A DNA stretch of 29,500 nt from Candidatus Thorarchaeota archaeon (lineage in GTDB: Archaea > Asgardarchaeota > Thorarchaeia > Thorarchaeales > Thorarchaeaceae): assembly GCA_038893995.1 (NCBI GenBank), contig JAWAQK010000018.1:10823-40322 (forward strand), read 5' to 3'. The position numbers were made by a program, and so were the translations under genes. The notes beneath the pieces are model-generated. The model was given only the letters and a program-made list of their open reading frames with translations. It was not told the origin of the DNA and ran no database searches. This document shows, piece after piece, positions 9,550 to 18,730 of this stretch (its first letter is position 1; each line of letters begins with the position of its first letter).

Positions 9550-10286
9550 ACGAACATATCGCTAGAGCGGTCTTCAGACTCAATAGACCTCCGCATCTTC
9601 TCCAGCCGCTCTATCTCCCTGCTCTCCTCGATGAGCTGATCAACGTCTGCATTCAGTCCGTAAACTCGGTTCAGATTCTTGAGCATTACCGCTGCAGAGC
9701 CCGGGTCCGGACGACCCCTCGTCGCGTAAGTGAGTAGCCCGATTGCAGGTTGTTCCCTCATCTCAAGCTCGGCAAGAAGGAGTGCCAGTGGACCGGCGAC
9801 AAAGAGTCCCTCCTCAAGTATTGGTATGTCCCACTTGTTCATGTATTGTCTGTACGTAGTTGTGGGAACGCAACGCATCTCTGACTCATCCTCCTTGAAG
9901 CTCGAATCAAGTCCTCCGAGCAGCACAGCCTCGGAGAAATTGTTCGCGACTATCCAGTCTGCAAGCCGGTCGATGAACGCCCATTGTTCGGACTGATGTG
10001 GTTGGAACCGGGGGACGAAGAAGACAAACTTCTCAAACGAGTATATCTCGAATGGTAGCACGAGTTTCTCGTTCTCCACCGAAACGAATAGAGGTAGCAT
10101 GTCGCTCTTGATGAATCCGACCCTCTCTGCGTTGAGTACGCGTGTCAGATGGGCGGTGCTCAGAAATCCCACCTCTCCAAGTCCATGAAAGCCGCATATG
10201 AAGATGGATCCAGGAACGACTCGGAACCCATCACGAAGTATTATCTTGAAACAAGACTCGCGTGTTGCAACAGACGCCATTTCCAT
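9546..10286 (-). CDS. PAC2 family proteasome assembly chaperone
   Basis: GFHGLGEVGFLS, LPFEIY, LLGGLD, AGPLALLL and PDPGSAA motifs. Likely start is ATG 10286 or 10280 rather than 10367. Confidence 0.85.
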   Translation of the reverse strand: MEMASVATRESCFKIILRDGFRVVPGSIFICGFHGLGEVGFLSTAHLTRVLNAERVGFIKSDMLPLFVSVENEKLVLPFEIYSFEKFVFFVPRFQPHQSEQWAFIDRLADWIVANNFSEAVLLGGLDSSFKEDESEMRCVPTTTYRQYMNKWDIPILEEGLFVAGPLALLLAELEMREQPAIGLLTYATRGRPDPGSAAVMLKNLNRVYGLNADVDQLIEESREIERLEKMRRSIESEDRSSDMFV

Positions 10287-10428
10287 TCCTCGCGTTCTTT
10301 TACTACTCGAACGACCATCAGATGAAGCGGGCTGTGCCTGGCCTTTTGTACTTGTGTATGCACCCACATAATAGTCACTGATGCCCCGCGTCCCTGTCCC
10401 TCAGGCCACACTGTAACAAAACCGAAGA

Positions 10429-10454
10429 TTAATAAGTCGATGTACTAATGTACA
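10429..10454 (+). promoter_or_regulatory. TATA-like element plus palindromic candidate operator TGTAC-N4-GTACA upstream of the ArsR-type gene
   Basis: AT-rich TTAATAAG at about 10429-10436, followed by the perfect inverted repeat TGTAC TAAT GTACA at 10441-10454, 30 nt before the ATG. Confidence 0.4.
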
Positions 10455-10483
10455 CTTATAATAATCGTCATGCGTGATGAACA

Positions 10484-11209
10484 ATGGTCGACGAAATTGA
10501 TGCCATCAGGCGTGAACTCGATGAGGTACGAAGGCTTCGTGCCGAGCTCGAGCGAGAACTTGAACAACTGAGAAGAGAGAGGCCATATCCGCCGGGACCA
10601 GATCTACACAGACCCCCTCCGCACAGCGGGCCCGGTCTCCCTCGTAGACGTCATGTTCCATGTGGCTCCCCTCCTGTCGACCTGAAACCACTCACGGACG
10701 CGCTGGAGGACATGATGGATGGAATCAGTGAGCAGGTCCGACATAGCCTTAGAGACCTGCCTGGGGTCAATTGGAGGATCTATGCTCCGCGCAGACTACA
10801 CAGACGCCGTGAAATCGAGAGTATCACTCCCGAGCGCATCGCACGCTTCATCAGTCCTCTGGGTAGCGAAGAACGGCTCAAGATCATGGACTTTCTGAAG
10901 GATGGACCCAAGACATTCAATCAGATCGAGGAGTTTACTGGACGGACTGGCAGCTCTCTGACACATCATCTCAACCCTCTCCTGGACGCTGGATATGTAG
11001 TGAAGGGCGAGGTCCGTGGGACATACCATCTGACAGTCGAGGGCCGACTCGCATACAGGTTGGCACAGTGGCTGACAAGTCGCCTTGAGTCGGAAACTGA
11101 TAATGACTCTTCGAACGGAACTGTTTCTATCTCGTTCGAGGATGAAACGGACGAAGGTCGTTCCAGCACCAGCGAAGGCGGTGATGGCGGGGGGATGGTC
11201 TCAGAATGA
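10484..11209 (+). CDS. ArsR-type winged-helix regulator with N-terminal coiled coil
   Basis: LGSEERLKIMDFLKDGPKTFNQI..GSSLTHHLNPLLDAGYV..RGTYHLTVEG. The N-terminus is heptad-like (IRRELDEVRRLRAELERELEQL). Confidence 0.85.
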   Translation: MVDEIDAIRRELDEVRRLRAELERELEQLRRERPYPPGPDLHRPPPHSGPGLPRRRHVPCGSPPVDLKPLTDALEDMMDGISEQVRHSLRDLPGVNWRIYAPRRLHRRREIESITPERIARFISPLGSEERLKIMDFLKDGPKTFNQIEEFTGRTGSSLTHHLNPLLDAGYVVKGEVRGTYHLTVEGRLAYRLAQWLTSRLESETDNDSSNGTVSISFEDETDEGRSSTSEGGDGGGMVSE

Positions 11210-11835
11210 ACGGGATCACGATTGGTACCAGACCGTTCACCGTCACGTCATCTATCAGGATAATATCCACTGACCACGCGCTGGTCGAGCTGTTGCCAGG
11301 CTGTACTTGGCTACCGCTAAAGAAGGACAATCAGAATGTGGGCATTGCCTTCAAGGGTCCCTTCAGGCTCATGGTAGACACCATCGTCGACACAGCTCGT
11401 GGAGCTATAGGCAGATCTCTTTCCTACAATCTGGACCAGACCTCGGTATACCTGGGTCGGGCGGACCCTTCTGCTGTCTCTCGTCCGTCAACAGATGATG
11501 AGACGGAGTCAGCAGGCGAAGGTAACTCTGAAACATTTCACGAGAGGATGAGGAATTCTGTCGAGGAGATCCTGTCCAGGTCAGTGAAGGAGCTGAAGGT
11601 GCTAGAGGGACGAGATATCCTCCTAGGCGAGGGAAAGGGGCGAAAGCAGATCGTCCTCATATGCAGGGGTTCCGACATGCTCTTCTCATACGAAGGAACC
11701 GCGTATATTCACGCGGGAGGAACCTCTGCGTTGGTCGATGGCAGCGTGGTCACCCTGAATCGTCATGGTGGCGGTTACGCATTGTCCCACATTGACCGTC
11801 ATGGCATCCTGAACCTCCTGTTCAAGCTACCATAG
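11206..11835 (+). CDS. Hypothetical protein, translationally coupled to the regulator
   Basis: 209-aa ORF with ATGA overlap at 11206-11209. No family recognised. Confidence 0.7.
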   Translation: MNGITIGTRPFTVTSSIRIISTDHALVELLPGCTWLPLKKDNQNVGIAFKGPFRLMVDTIVDTARGAIGRSLSYNLDQTSVYLGRADPSAVSRPSTDDETESAGEGNSETFHERMRNSVEEILSRSVKELKVLEGRDILLGEGKGRKQIVLICRGSDMLFSYEGTAYIHAGGTSALVDGSVVTLNRHGGGYALSHIDRHGILNLLFKLP

Positions 11836-11927
11836 ATCCCGGGTGTCGACCTTCTCTGCTGAGTTCTGGATATGGGTGGGCGAATGGTTCCAAGTTCTGA
11901 TCACTGCAGGGACCCTGACCTCGCCCC

Positions 11928-12347
11928 TCATTCCTTGTGACAGCTTCTGGCAAGGGCCACACCTAGTGCCCTACACTCACCAAGTGATATCTCATCTGGA
12001 TAATCCTTTGCCTTCACAGGCTTACTGATGAGTACTGCACCCCGTTTCGTCAACTCCTCAGCTATTATGTCTGGTGCCTCCCCACTCCATCCGTAGGAGC
12101 CGAAGCTTGCTGCTGGCATACCCTCCATGCTTCCCAACTCTGACAAGATCTCGCGTATCTTTGGTAGCGGTCGCTTTATCCTCGTAGAGCTCCCGAATGC
12201 CACGGCGCATGCTCCCTCAAGAGAGGTGAACTCATCGGCAGGTACGAGATCACAAGCGATACCCTGAGACCTGACTCCGTCGCATATGGCGATGGCCATG
12301 GCCCTTGTTCGGCCGAGAGTGCTCTCAAAGACTACGAGTACTCTCAT
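11928..12347 (-). CDS. Flavodoxin-like protein
   Basis: FMN phosphate loop FESTLGRTRAMA, plus FGSST and SFGSYGWSGEA as in FprA-type flavodoxin domains. Confidence 0.9.
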   Translation of the reverse strand: MRVLVVFESTLGRTRAMAIAICDGVRSQGIACDLVPADEFTSLEGACAVAFGSSTRIKRPLPKIREILSELGSMEGMPAASFGSYGWSGEAPDIIAEELTKRGAVLISKPVKAKDYPDEISLGECRALGVALARSCHKE

Positions 12348-12900
12348 GAGCCCATCTGGGTGATAGTGGAGTGAAAAGAATTGTCGTATGACCCGCGGGA
12401 TATGTTCGAATCAGAAGTTGACAAGATTCGCAACGATCAGGATGCAGAATCATTGATGTGTCCAAGACCGTTAGTATCCCACACACGACATTACTCTGAC
12501 CTTCCGCGGCAAAGTAACAAGATGTGACCTCCAGTGGCGACTCACAGATGTGGCTTGGCATTATATGTTCTTGACCGCTCCATAGTCATGGTGAGAATGC
12601 CGATGGACCGCGGTCATTGGATCAGGGTTCAAGAGCGAGGAATCTGCATCAGGTTGCATTCGCAGGAAGACAACTCCCGCTGGCAAACGATGACATTGGA
12701 GCGCTCTGATTGAGTCCGGTATGCCAGAGTTTCGACACTCAGGTGATGTCTCGTGAGACCTCATTCTCGCGAATAGTGTTCGAAACCGTTTTGGCCATCC
12801 TCTGAACACGTACGAGTTCTCTTCCTGAGGTGGCCCTCATGATGGCCTGAATCCTCCATACACAGGTCAGGCCTCTGACTGTCATAGAGGATATGTCACC

Positions 12901-13929
12901 TCAGAACTCCCTTACATACCTCATCTTGTCTTGGTATGCGTTTGGCTCATATGTGGAAGGCCATCGTGGCTTGTTGTCTAGAACATCCTCTATCTCAGCA
13001 AGTGTGGTGTTTGAGAGATGGACATCTGATGCTAGAACATTATGGGCCACCTGCTCAGGTTTCGTCGCGCCAATTATGGCCGCGGATATCTCAGGTCTTC
13101 TCAATATCCATGCAAGGGCGAGTTGTCCAAGAGTGATGTTGAGCGAAGAGGCAATGTCTACGAGTCTCCTTAACTTTGAGAGGAGGGCGTCATCAAGTTG
13201 TCGTCTGATTGACTCAGACCTTGCCCCACGACTCTGTTGTGGCACGCCGTCCAGGTACTTTCCAGTGAGTATTCCCTGAGCCAGCGGGCTCCAGACGGTC
13301 AGACCCATTCCGTGTGCGTGCACAACTGGCATTATCTCGAGTTCTATGTGACGGAAGAGCATGTTGTATTGGGGCTGTTCGACGATGGGACGTTGAGCCC
13401 CCATCTCTTTGGCAACTGCATTGACCCTCTCGATCTGTGCTGCTGACCATACAGACGTTCCCCAGTAGAGTACCTTTCCGGCATGTATGAGGTCGTCTAT
13501 GACCGAGACAGTTTCTTCAATGGGCGTAATTGGATCGAATCGGTGCATGAAGTAGATGTCAATGTAGTCCAGACCCAGACGGCGGAGCGTCCCATCTATT
13601 GCACGAGTAATGTTCTTTCTGCTCAGTCCCCATGAATTGACATCGTCACCCATCGGCCAGAATACCTTGCTTGAGATGACAAGTCTATGTCGATCCACTG
13701 TCTGGTCTCGGAGAAATGCACCTATCACCTCTTCAGCCCGACCGTGTGCGTAGATCTCAGCGGTATCGATGAAGTTGATGCCATTCTCAATGGCGGTCTC
13801 GAGGCATCGTCTAGCCGCGTCGTCATCAACAGTAGACCCGTACGTCAGCCACGAGCCAATGGCGATCTCACTGACCTTTAGGCCACTACGTCCAACTTGT
13901 CTGTATTTCATCTCAAGCTCATCTTTCAT
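12901..13929 (-). CDS. Aldo/keto reductase (Kv-beta/YghZ-like group)
   Basis: GRSGLKVSEIAIGSW, FIDTAEIY, ISSK, YFMHR and WSPLAQGILTGKY. The D-Y-K-H tetrad is present. Confidence 0.95.
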   Translation of the reverse strand: MKDELEMKYRQVGRSGLKVSEIAIGSWLTYGSTVDDDAARRCLETAIENGINFIDTAEIYAHGRAEEVIGAFLRDQTVDRHRLVISSKVFWPMGDDVNSWGLSRKNITRAIDGTLRRLGLDYIDIYFMHRFDPITPIEETVSVIDDLIHAGKVLYWGTSVWSAAQIERVNAVAKEMGAQRPIVEQPQYNMLFRHIELEIMPVVHAHGMGLTVWSPLAQGILTGKYLDGVPQQSRGARSESIRRQLDDALLSKLRRLVDIASSLNITLGQLALAWILRRPEISAAIIGATKPEQVAHNVLASDVHLSNTTLAEIEDVLDNKPRWPSTYEPNAYQDKMRYVREF

Positions 13930-14061
13930 TCATCATATTTCAGTCTGTGGACGGAGGCATAATTTCCAATGAGATTGCCAGTTGAACATGACCTTCCGCA
14001 AAGACATAATAGTATATGTAAGAACAATAGCAAAACGACGATAGAAAGGGAAGGCTCTCGA

Positions 14062-16263
14062 TTGAGTACCCTGATGGAGCTTGAAGTCGAGCAGGTGTCT
14101 GTACTACTGCTAGAGATACTCCGGAGACAGGGTATGCATGATCTGACGATGTTCCAGCGTGCTGCAGTGAAGGAGGGCATCCTCAAGAACACGAATCTGA
14201 CGCTTGTTACACAGGATTACGATGAGGCATACCAGATATCAGAAGTTGCACTACTCAATCAGGTCGCGTCAGACCTCCGGAGTCGAGTCCTCATCCTCTG
14301 TCCTAACCCACATGTTGCTGAGATGCGCATCAGGTCCCTTGGCTACAAGTGTGCTCGACTTGGCGTGGATGTTTCATCAATTGTCCGCAAAAGCGTTTCG
14401 AGTTTCCCCATGCCTGCTAGTCGTGTGACCGTTGCGACTTTCCGTTCGATGGAGGCTGCTGCCAGACTACATCCCAAGATTCTCGACGGTCTCTCAAGAG
14501 TATACATAGAGCGCATTGACCTGGTAGGCCAGACCGATGTTGGACCCGCACTTGAACGACTCATGACACTTCTGCTCACATCCTCAAGTTCCACACAGTT
14601 AATCTCGGTCACGCCGAGAGTGGCCAATCTGGACGAGCTGGCTGGGTGGTTGAGATCTCGAATCGTGGTGGACCCCAGACCAGAGGTCAGAAGGATCTTC
14701 AGTGTCAAGGCCTATGAACAGATGGACCGTGCAGTGGCAGAGCTTGCCGACTTCGTTTGCCGCAGAGGGGGCCAGAGCCTGATACTGTGTCCAAACATGT
14801 CTTCCTCCGAGTCCCTAGCCGCCCATCTCTCAGGAAGTAACAGCTCAGTCGCTCTCTCTTCACTCACGGCGGATCAGAGGAGCACGCTGAGAGCACTCGC
14901 AGAAAAGGTGCAGAAGTCATTCCCGCAATGTTCCGTCACCCACAGGCTCGCAGATTGTATCCGCAAGGGTGTTGCGTTTATTCATGAAGGGCTTCCGAAG
15001 TATCAGAGGCAGGTCCTCTCAGGCGCTTGGAATGCAGGTGTCATGCCGGTGTTGGTTGTTCCGTCAAGGTTCGTCCTGGCAAGTGAGTTGAGAGCGACGG
15101 CTGTTTTCGTGATGGGTGTGTATTCACAGGATATCTCATCTGAAATCTCTGGTCGGGGTGACATGTACATGCTCTCTGAATGGCAGCTCGCTGAGATGCT
15201 GCAGCTTGCGGGACGGCCCGGTCGCGACACCGAGGCCTACGGAACGGTAATAGTTGATAGTGACTCAGAGAAAGCCCGGGTAGTTGAGAGGTTCTTCGAA
15301 ACTGACTCCTCAGGTAGTCTCAGACCAGTTCCAAGCGAGATCGATAGCCTTCTTGATGAGCCTGACCATGTTCAGGATCTGATTCTTGGACAAGTGTGTG
15401 GTAGGTCTGAGTACGGGAGTGATCCGCTGGCCATGCTTGACAATACCTTCTGGGCATTCAGAATGAGGACTGTGAGGAGCAGGATGTCCAGTGACAAGAG
15501 TCCAGAGGATGAGGAAGCATGGGCTCTGATTCATCAGCGTACCACACGGTCCACGATCGATCGGGCAAGACGAGTGTCAGACAAGAGTGTGCGTCTCGTT
15601 TCGGTAAGTCCGACAAAGATAGAGGGTCTGGTACATAGTGGGTCCCGTGAACTCTGGCACTATGCGGCTCTCAGGACCTCTGACGGAGCTTCTTGCTCAT
15701 GCGAGTCCTGGAAGTATCAGGGGGTCAGACGACATAGGCTCTGCAAGCATTTGGCCAAGCTAGCAATGTACTCACTCTCACAGGCTGAGAGCAGGCCCTA
15801 TGCAGCATCTATCATCAGGCGATCGCTTCAGGGCCTTGGTGCACTTGAAAGCCTTGAGCAGCAGGGTTTCGTTAACAGAGACGGGTCTGCAATTCTCTGT
15901 ACTACCCTCGGAAGGCGCACTGCAATGATGGGGGTGCCGCTTCGAGAAGCGAAGATCATGATAGATATGACCTCGGGCCGCCGAGGTGACTTGGTAGAAG
16001 CGATCAGTCAGGTTGCTATAGCCAACACGGGTCTGCCCGCATCCCTTGTCAAACAGGTCGTCAAATCGGTGCGTCAGAAGAATGATGAAAGTCTGATATC
16101 ATGCGATGATCTACCCGGGATAGTGGAGAACATATTGGAAGAGCTGCATTATGTAGCTGGTCTGTTGGTCCGGATTGTGGGAGATGAGCAATATGAAGAT
16201 GGTCTGACTCCCAGAGACATGGAAGACGCAATTGGTCGACTATTGGCATCGCTCAGGAAATGA
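14062..16263 (+). CDS. Hel308/Ski2-like SF2 helicase derivative with degenerate ATPase motifs and a SWIM zinc finger
   Basis: Collinear with Hel308 (ANLDELAGWL, LADCIRKGVAFIHEGL, AGRPGRD, TTLGR), but Walker A and DExH are absent. SWIM motif CSCESWKYQGVRRHRLCKH. Start probably TTG 14062 or ATG 14074 (ORF track gives 13969). Confidence 0.8.
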   Translation: MSTLMELEVEQVSVLLLEILRRQGMHDLTMFQRAAVKEGILKNTNLTLVTQDYDEAYQISEVALLNQVASDLRSRVLILCPNPHVAEMRIRSLGYKCARLGVDVSSIVRKSVSSFPMPASRVTVATFRSMEAAARLHPKILDGLSRVYIERIDLVGQTDVGPALERLMTLLLTSSSSTQLISVTPRVANLDELAGWLRSRIVVDPRPEVRRIFSVKAYEQMDRAVAELADFVCRRGGQSLILCPNMSSSESLAAHLSGSNSSVALSSLTADQRSTLRALAEKVQKSFPQCSVTHRLADCIRKGVAFIHEGLPKYQRQVLSGAWNAGVMPVLVVPSRFVLASELRATAVFVMGVYSQDISSEISGRGDMYMLSEWQLAEMLQLAGRPGRDTEAYGTVIVDSDSEKARVVERFFETDSSGSLRPVPSEIDSLLDEPDHVQDLILGQVCGRSEYGSDPLAMLDNTFWAFRMRTVRSRMSSDKSPEDEEAWALIHQRTTRSTIDRARRVSDKSVRLVSVSPTKIEGLVHSGSRELWHYAALRTSDGASCSCESWKYQGVRRHRLCKHLAKLAMYSLSQAESRPYAASIIRRSLQGLGALESLEQQGFVNRDGSAILCTTLGRRTAMMGVPLREAKIMIDMTSGRRGDLVEAISQVAIANTGLPASLVKQVVKSVRQKNDESLISCDDLPGIVENILEELHYVAGLLVRIVGDEQYEDGLTPRDMEDAIGRLLASLRK

Positions 16264-16350
16264 TGTTCCTAACGAACCTTTTTAGGGAGTCCTACTCGTG
16301 CTTTCCCAGCCTGGAGCCTGTATGTCTTGCTCTGGTTGTGGTGATCCACA

Positions 16351-17496
16351 ATGAAGTTGTTTGAACACGAAGCCAAAGATATCTTTCGATCATTTGGTAT
16401 ACCCTTGCCGCAGGGCGGGCTTGCTACATCCCCTCAGCAGGCGAGAGACTGGGCAATGACAATCGGCAGACCTGTGGTTGTGAAGGCACAGGTACTTGCT
16501 GGAAAGAGAGGTAAGGCAGGAGGGGTCAAATTCGCAAACACTCCCGAAGAAGCCGCACAAGCAGCAGAGCTGATTCTGGGGATGCGAATCAGTGACCTAC
16601 CTGTAAACTCAGTCCTCGTGGAAGAGAAGCTGGACATAATGCAGGAGATCTATGCGGGGATCACAGTCGATAGAAACGAACGCAAGTACGTCGTCATTGG
16701 GAGTGCGTCTGGCGGTATGTCAATTGAAGAACTAGCCGCAGAGCATCCTGAGAGGATCATCAAGCGTCACATTGACCCCTCCAGCGGTCTGAATGGATAT
16801 GAGGCCCGCGAGATGGCCATAGAGATGGGCTTCAAGGGGCGGCAGATATCTGCACTGGCAGACTTCTTCACAAGATTGTGGTCGGTTGTTGAGTCCTACG
16901 ACGCCGAACTCACCGAGATCAATCCATTGATTCTAACTAAGGATGGTCGCTTTGTGGCCGCTGATGCCCGTCTGAACATCGATGACAACTCACTATTTCG
17001 CCACAAGGACATACTCCAGAAGATCAGTAGGCCACCGATGGAGCAGAACGAACGTGAGCGTCTCGCATCGGAACATGGCATGGCTTACGTCGAACTCGAT
17101 GGTGATATCGCATGTATCTGCAATGGCGCGGGTCTCACGATGGCAACTCTGGATGCAGTTGCGTTCTATGGCGGCAGGGCAAGTACGTTTCTAGATCTTG
17201 GAGGCGGGTCTGATGCAGAACGAGTACAGAAGGGAATCGAGATCGCACTGAAGTATCCGCGTGTAAGGGCAATACTTGTCAATGTCATGGGTGGGATCAC
17301 ACGTTGTGACGAGGTCGCAAAGGGCATCGTGGCTGCCCGAGAGAAGCTCAACATCAGGGTACCCATGGTGATACGGATGGTTGGAACAAATGAGGTTGAG
17401 GGTCAGAAGATTCTGGAGGACGCAGGCATTGCTTTTCTGAAGACAATGGAGGACGCAGCAAGTAGAGTTGTGAAGCTTGTGAAGGAGGTGTCTTGA
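16351..17496 (+). CDS. sucC: Succinyl-CoA synthetase beta subunit
   Basis: MKLFEHEAK, VVKAQVLAGKRGKAGGV, EINPL, NGAGLTMATLD and GGITRCDEVA. Confidence 0.97.
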   Translation: MKLFEHEAKDIFRSFGIPLPQGGLATSPQQARDWAMTIGRPVVVKAQVLAGKRGKAGGVKFANTPEEAAQAAELILGMRISDLPVNSVLVEEKLDIMQEIYAGITVDRNERKYVVIGSASGGMSIEELAAEHPERIIKRHIDPSSGLNGYEAREMAIEMGFKGRQISALADFFTRLWSVVESYDAELTEINPLILTKDGRFVAADARLNIDDNSLFRHKDILQKISRPPMEQNERERLASEHGMAYVELDGDIACICNGAGLTMATLDAVAFYGGRASTFLDLGGGSDAERVQKGIEIALKYPRVRAILVNVMGGITRCDEVAKGIVAAREKLNIRVPMVIRMVGTNEVEGQKILEDAGIAFLKTMEDAASRVVKLVKEVS

Positions 17497-18366
17497 ATGG
17501 CGGTTCTGTTGAACGAGAACACGAGAGCAATTGTCCAGAACATAACTGGAACTCAGGGTACTTTTCATTCTGCATCTATGCTGAAGTACGGGACTAAGCT
17601 GGTGGCGGGAGTGACACCTGGCAGAGGCGGCGAACTAGTCAACGGACTGCCCGTGTACGATTCTGTCAGGGCTGCCAAGAAGGCCCACAATGCAAATGCA
17701 TCCATCATCTTCGTACCCGCACCGTTTGCAATGGATGCTGCACTGGAGGCAATAGCCTCAGACCTGAATCCAATTGTGATCATTACCGAGCACATTCCTG
17801 TCCGTGATGAGATCCGGATAATACATGCTGCTAGACAGAGAGGCATCACGATCATCGGACCAAACACACCGGGGATAATTACACCAGGTTCGAAACAGAA
17901 GCTCGGAATCATGCCGGGTCATGTCTTCTCCGACGGGAAGGTGGGCCTGATGTCTAGGAGCGGAACCCTGACCTATGAGATCGCTGCAGGGCTCACGGAT
18001 GCAGGCCTTGGAGTCACTACCGCCATCGGTCTCGGAGGTGACCCTTGTGTTGGTCTGACTCCAGTGGAGGCGATTAAGCTCTTCCAGAAGGACCGAGAAA
18101 CAGAAGCATTAGTCATTGTAGGCGAGATCGGCGGCGACGCAGAGGAGAGAGCAGCAGCATACATCAAGGAGAATGTGGACATTCCTGTGGTGGCGTTCAT
18201 AGCGGGCCGCACTGCTCCTGAGGGAAAGCGAATGGGTCATGCCGGAGCAATAATCAGTGGCAGCACGGGTACGGCAGCTGCCAAGATAAGGGCATTCCAA
18301 GATGCCGGTGTTGCTGTGGCTGAACGCCCAAGTGATGTTGCCAAGTTGCTCAAGGAGCGTCTCTAG
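17497..18366 (+). CDS. sucD: Succinyl-CoA synthetase alpha subunit
   Basis: VAGVTPGRGG, IIGPNTPG, SRSGTLTYE, GEIGG and KRMGHAGA with the phospho-His. Directly abuts sucC. Confidence 0.97.
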   Translation: MAVLLNENTRAIVQNITGTQGTFHSASMLKYGTKLVAGVTPGRGGELVNGLPVYDSVRAAKKAHNANASIIFVPAPFAMDAALEAIASDLNPIVIITEHIPVRDEIRIIHAARQRGITIIGPNTPGIITPGSKQKLGIMPGHVFSDGKVGLMSRSGTLTYEIAAGLTDAGLGVTTAIGLGGDPCVGLTPVEAIKLFQKDRETEALVIVGEIGGDAEERAAAYIKENVDIPVVAFIAGRTAPEGKRMGHAGAIISGSTGTAAAKIRAFQDAGVAVAERPSDVAKLLKERL

Positions 18367-18481
18367 GTGTCTTGTCCCTCTCCAGTGCTGGACGTGGGTC
18401 TAGCGATACTTTTTTAATGGCTGGACCGGGCGTGGCATAGACGGGCCGACACATAATAGAAAAAACTGCGAGGTCATCATG

Positions 18482-18640
18482 ATGCCGGTTGCAGACATCG
18501 AAAAGCGAAGGCTTGCACAACACTACATACTTCAAAAGTCGGTGTGCAGGACATGTGGGGCCACTAATCCCCTGACGGCCAGAAAGTGCCGCAAATGCAA
18601 GACGCGGGACCTCAGGCCCAAGAAGAGCAGGAAGAAGTAG
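18482..18640 (+). CDS. rpl40e: 50S ribosomal protein L40e
   Basis: Below the ORF-track size cut-off. Manual translation: MPVADIEKRRLAQHYILQKSVCRTCGATNPLTARKCRKCKTRDLRPKKSRKK, with the CxxC..NP..CRKC..LRPK signature. GAGGT RBS upstream; alternative ATG at 18479. Confidence 0.93.
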   Translation: MPVADIEKRRLAQHYILQKSVCRTCGATNPLTARKCRKCKTRDLRPKKSRKK

Positions 18641-18695
18641 TCACATCAGAAACCCCGTCGGTGCAGGCTCTATGTCCTGTCGCCATGCATCACTC

Positions 18696-18702
18696 TTAAA
18701 TA
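18696..18702 (+). promoter_or_regulatory. TATA box of the tRNA gene
   Basis: TTAAATA ending 29 nt before tRNA position 1. Confidence 0.6.
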
Positions 18703-18730
18703 GCGAGTCGATGGATGGGGGCAGTGAAGC

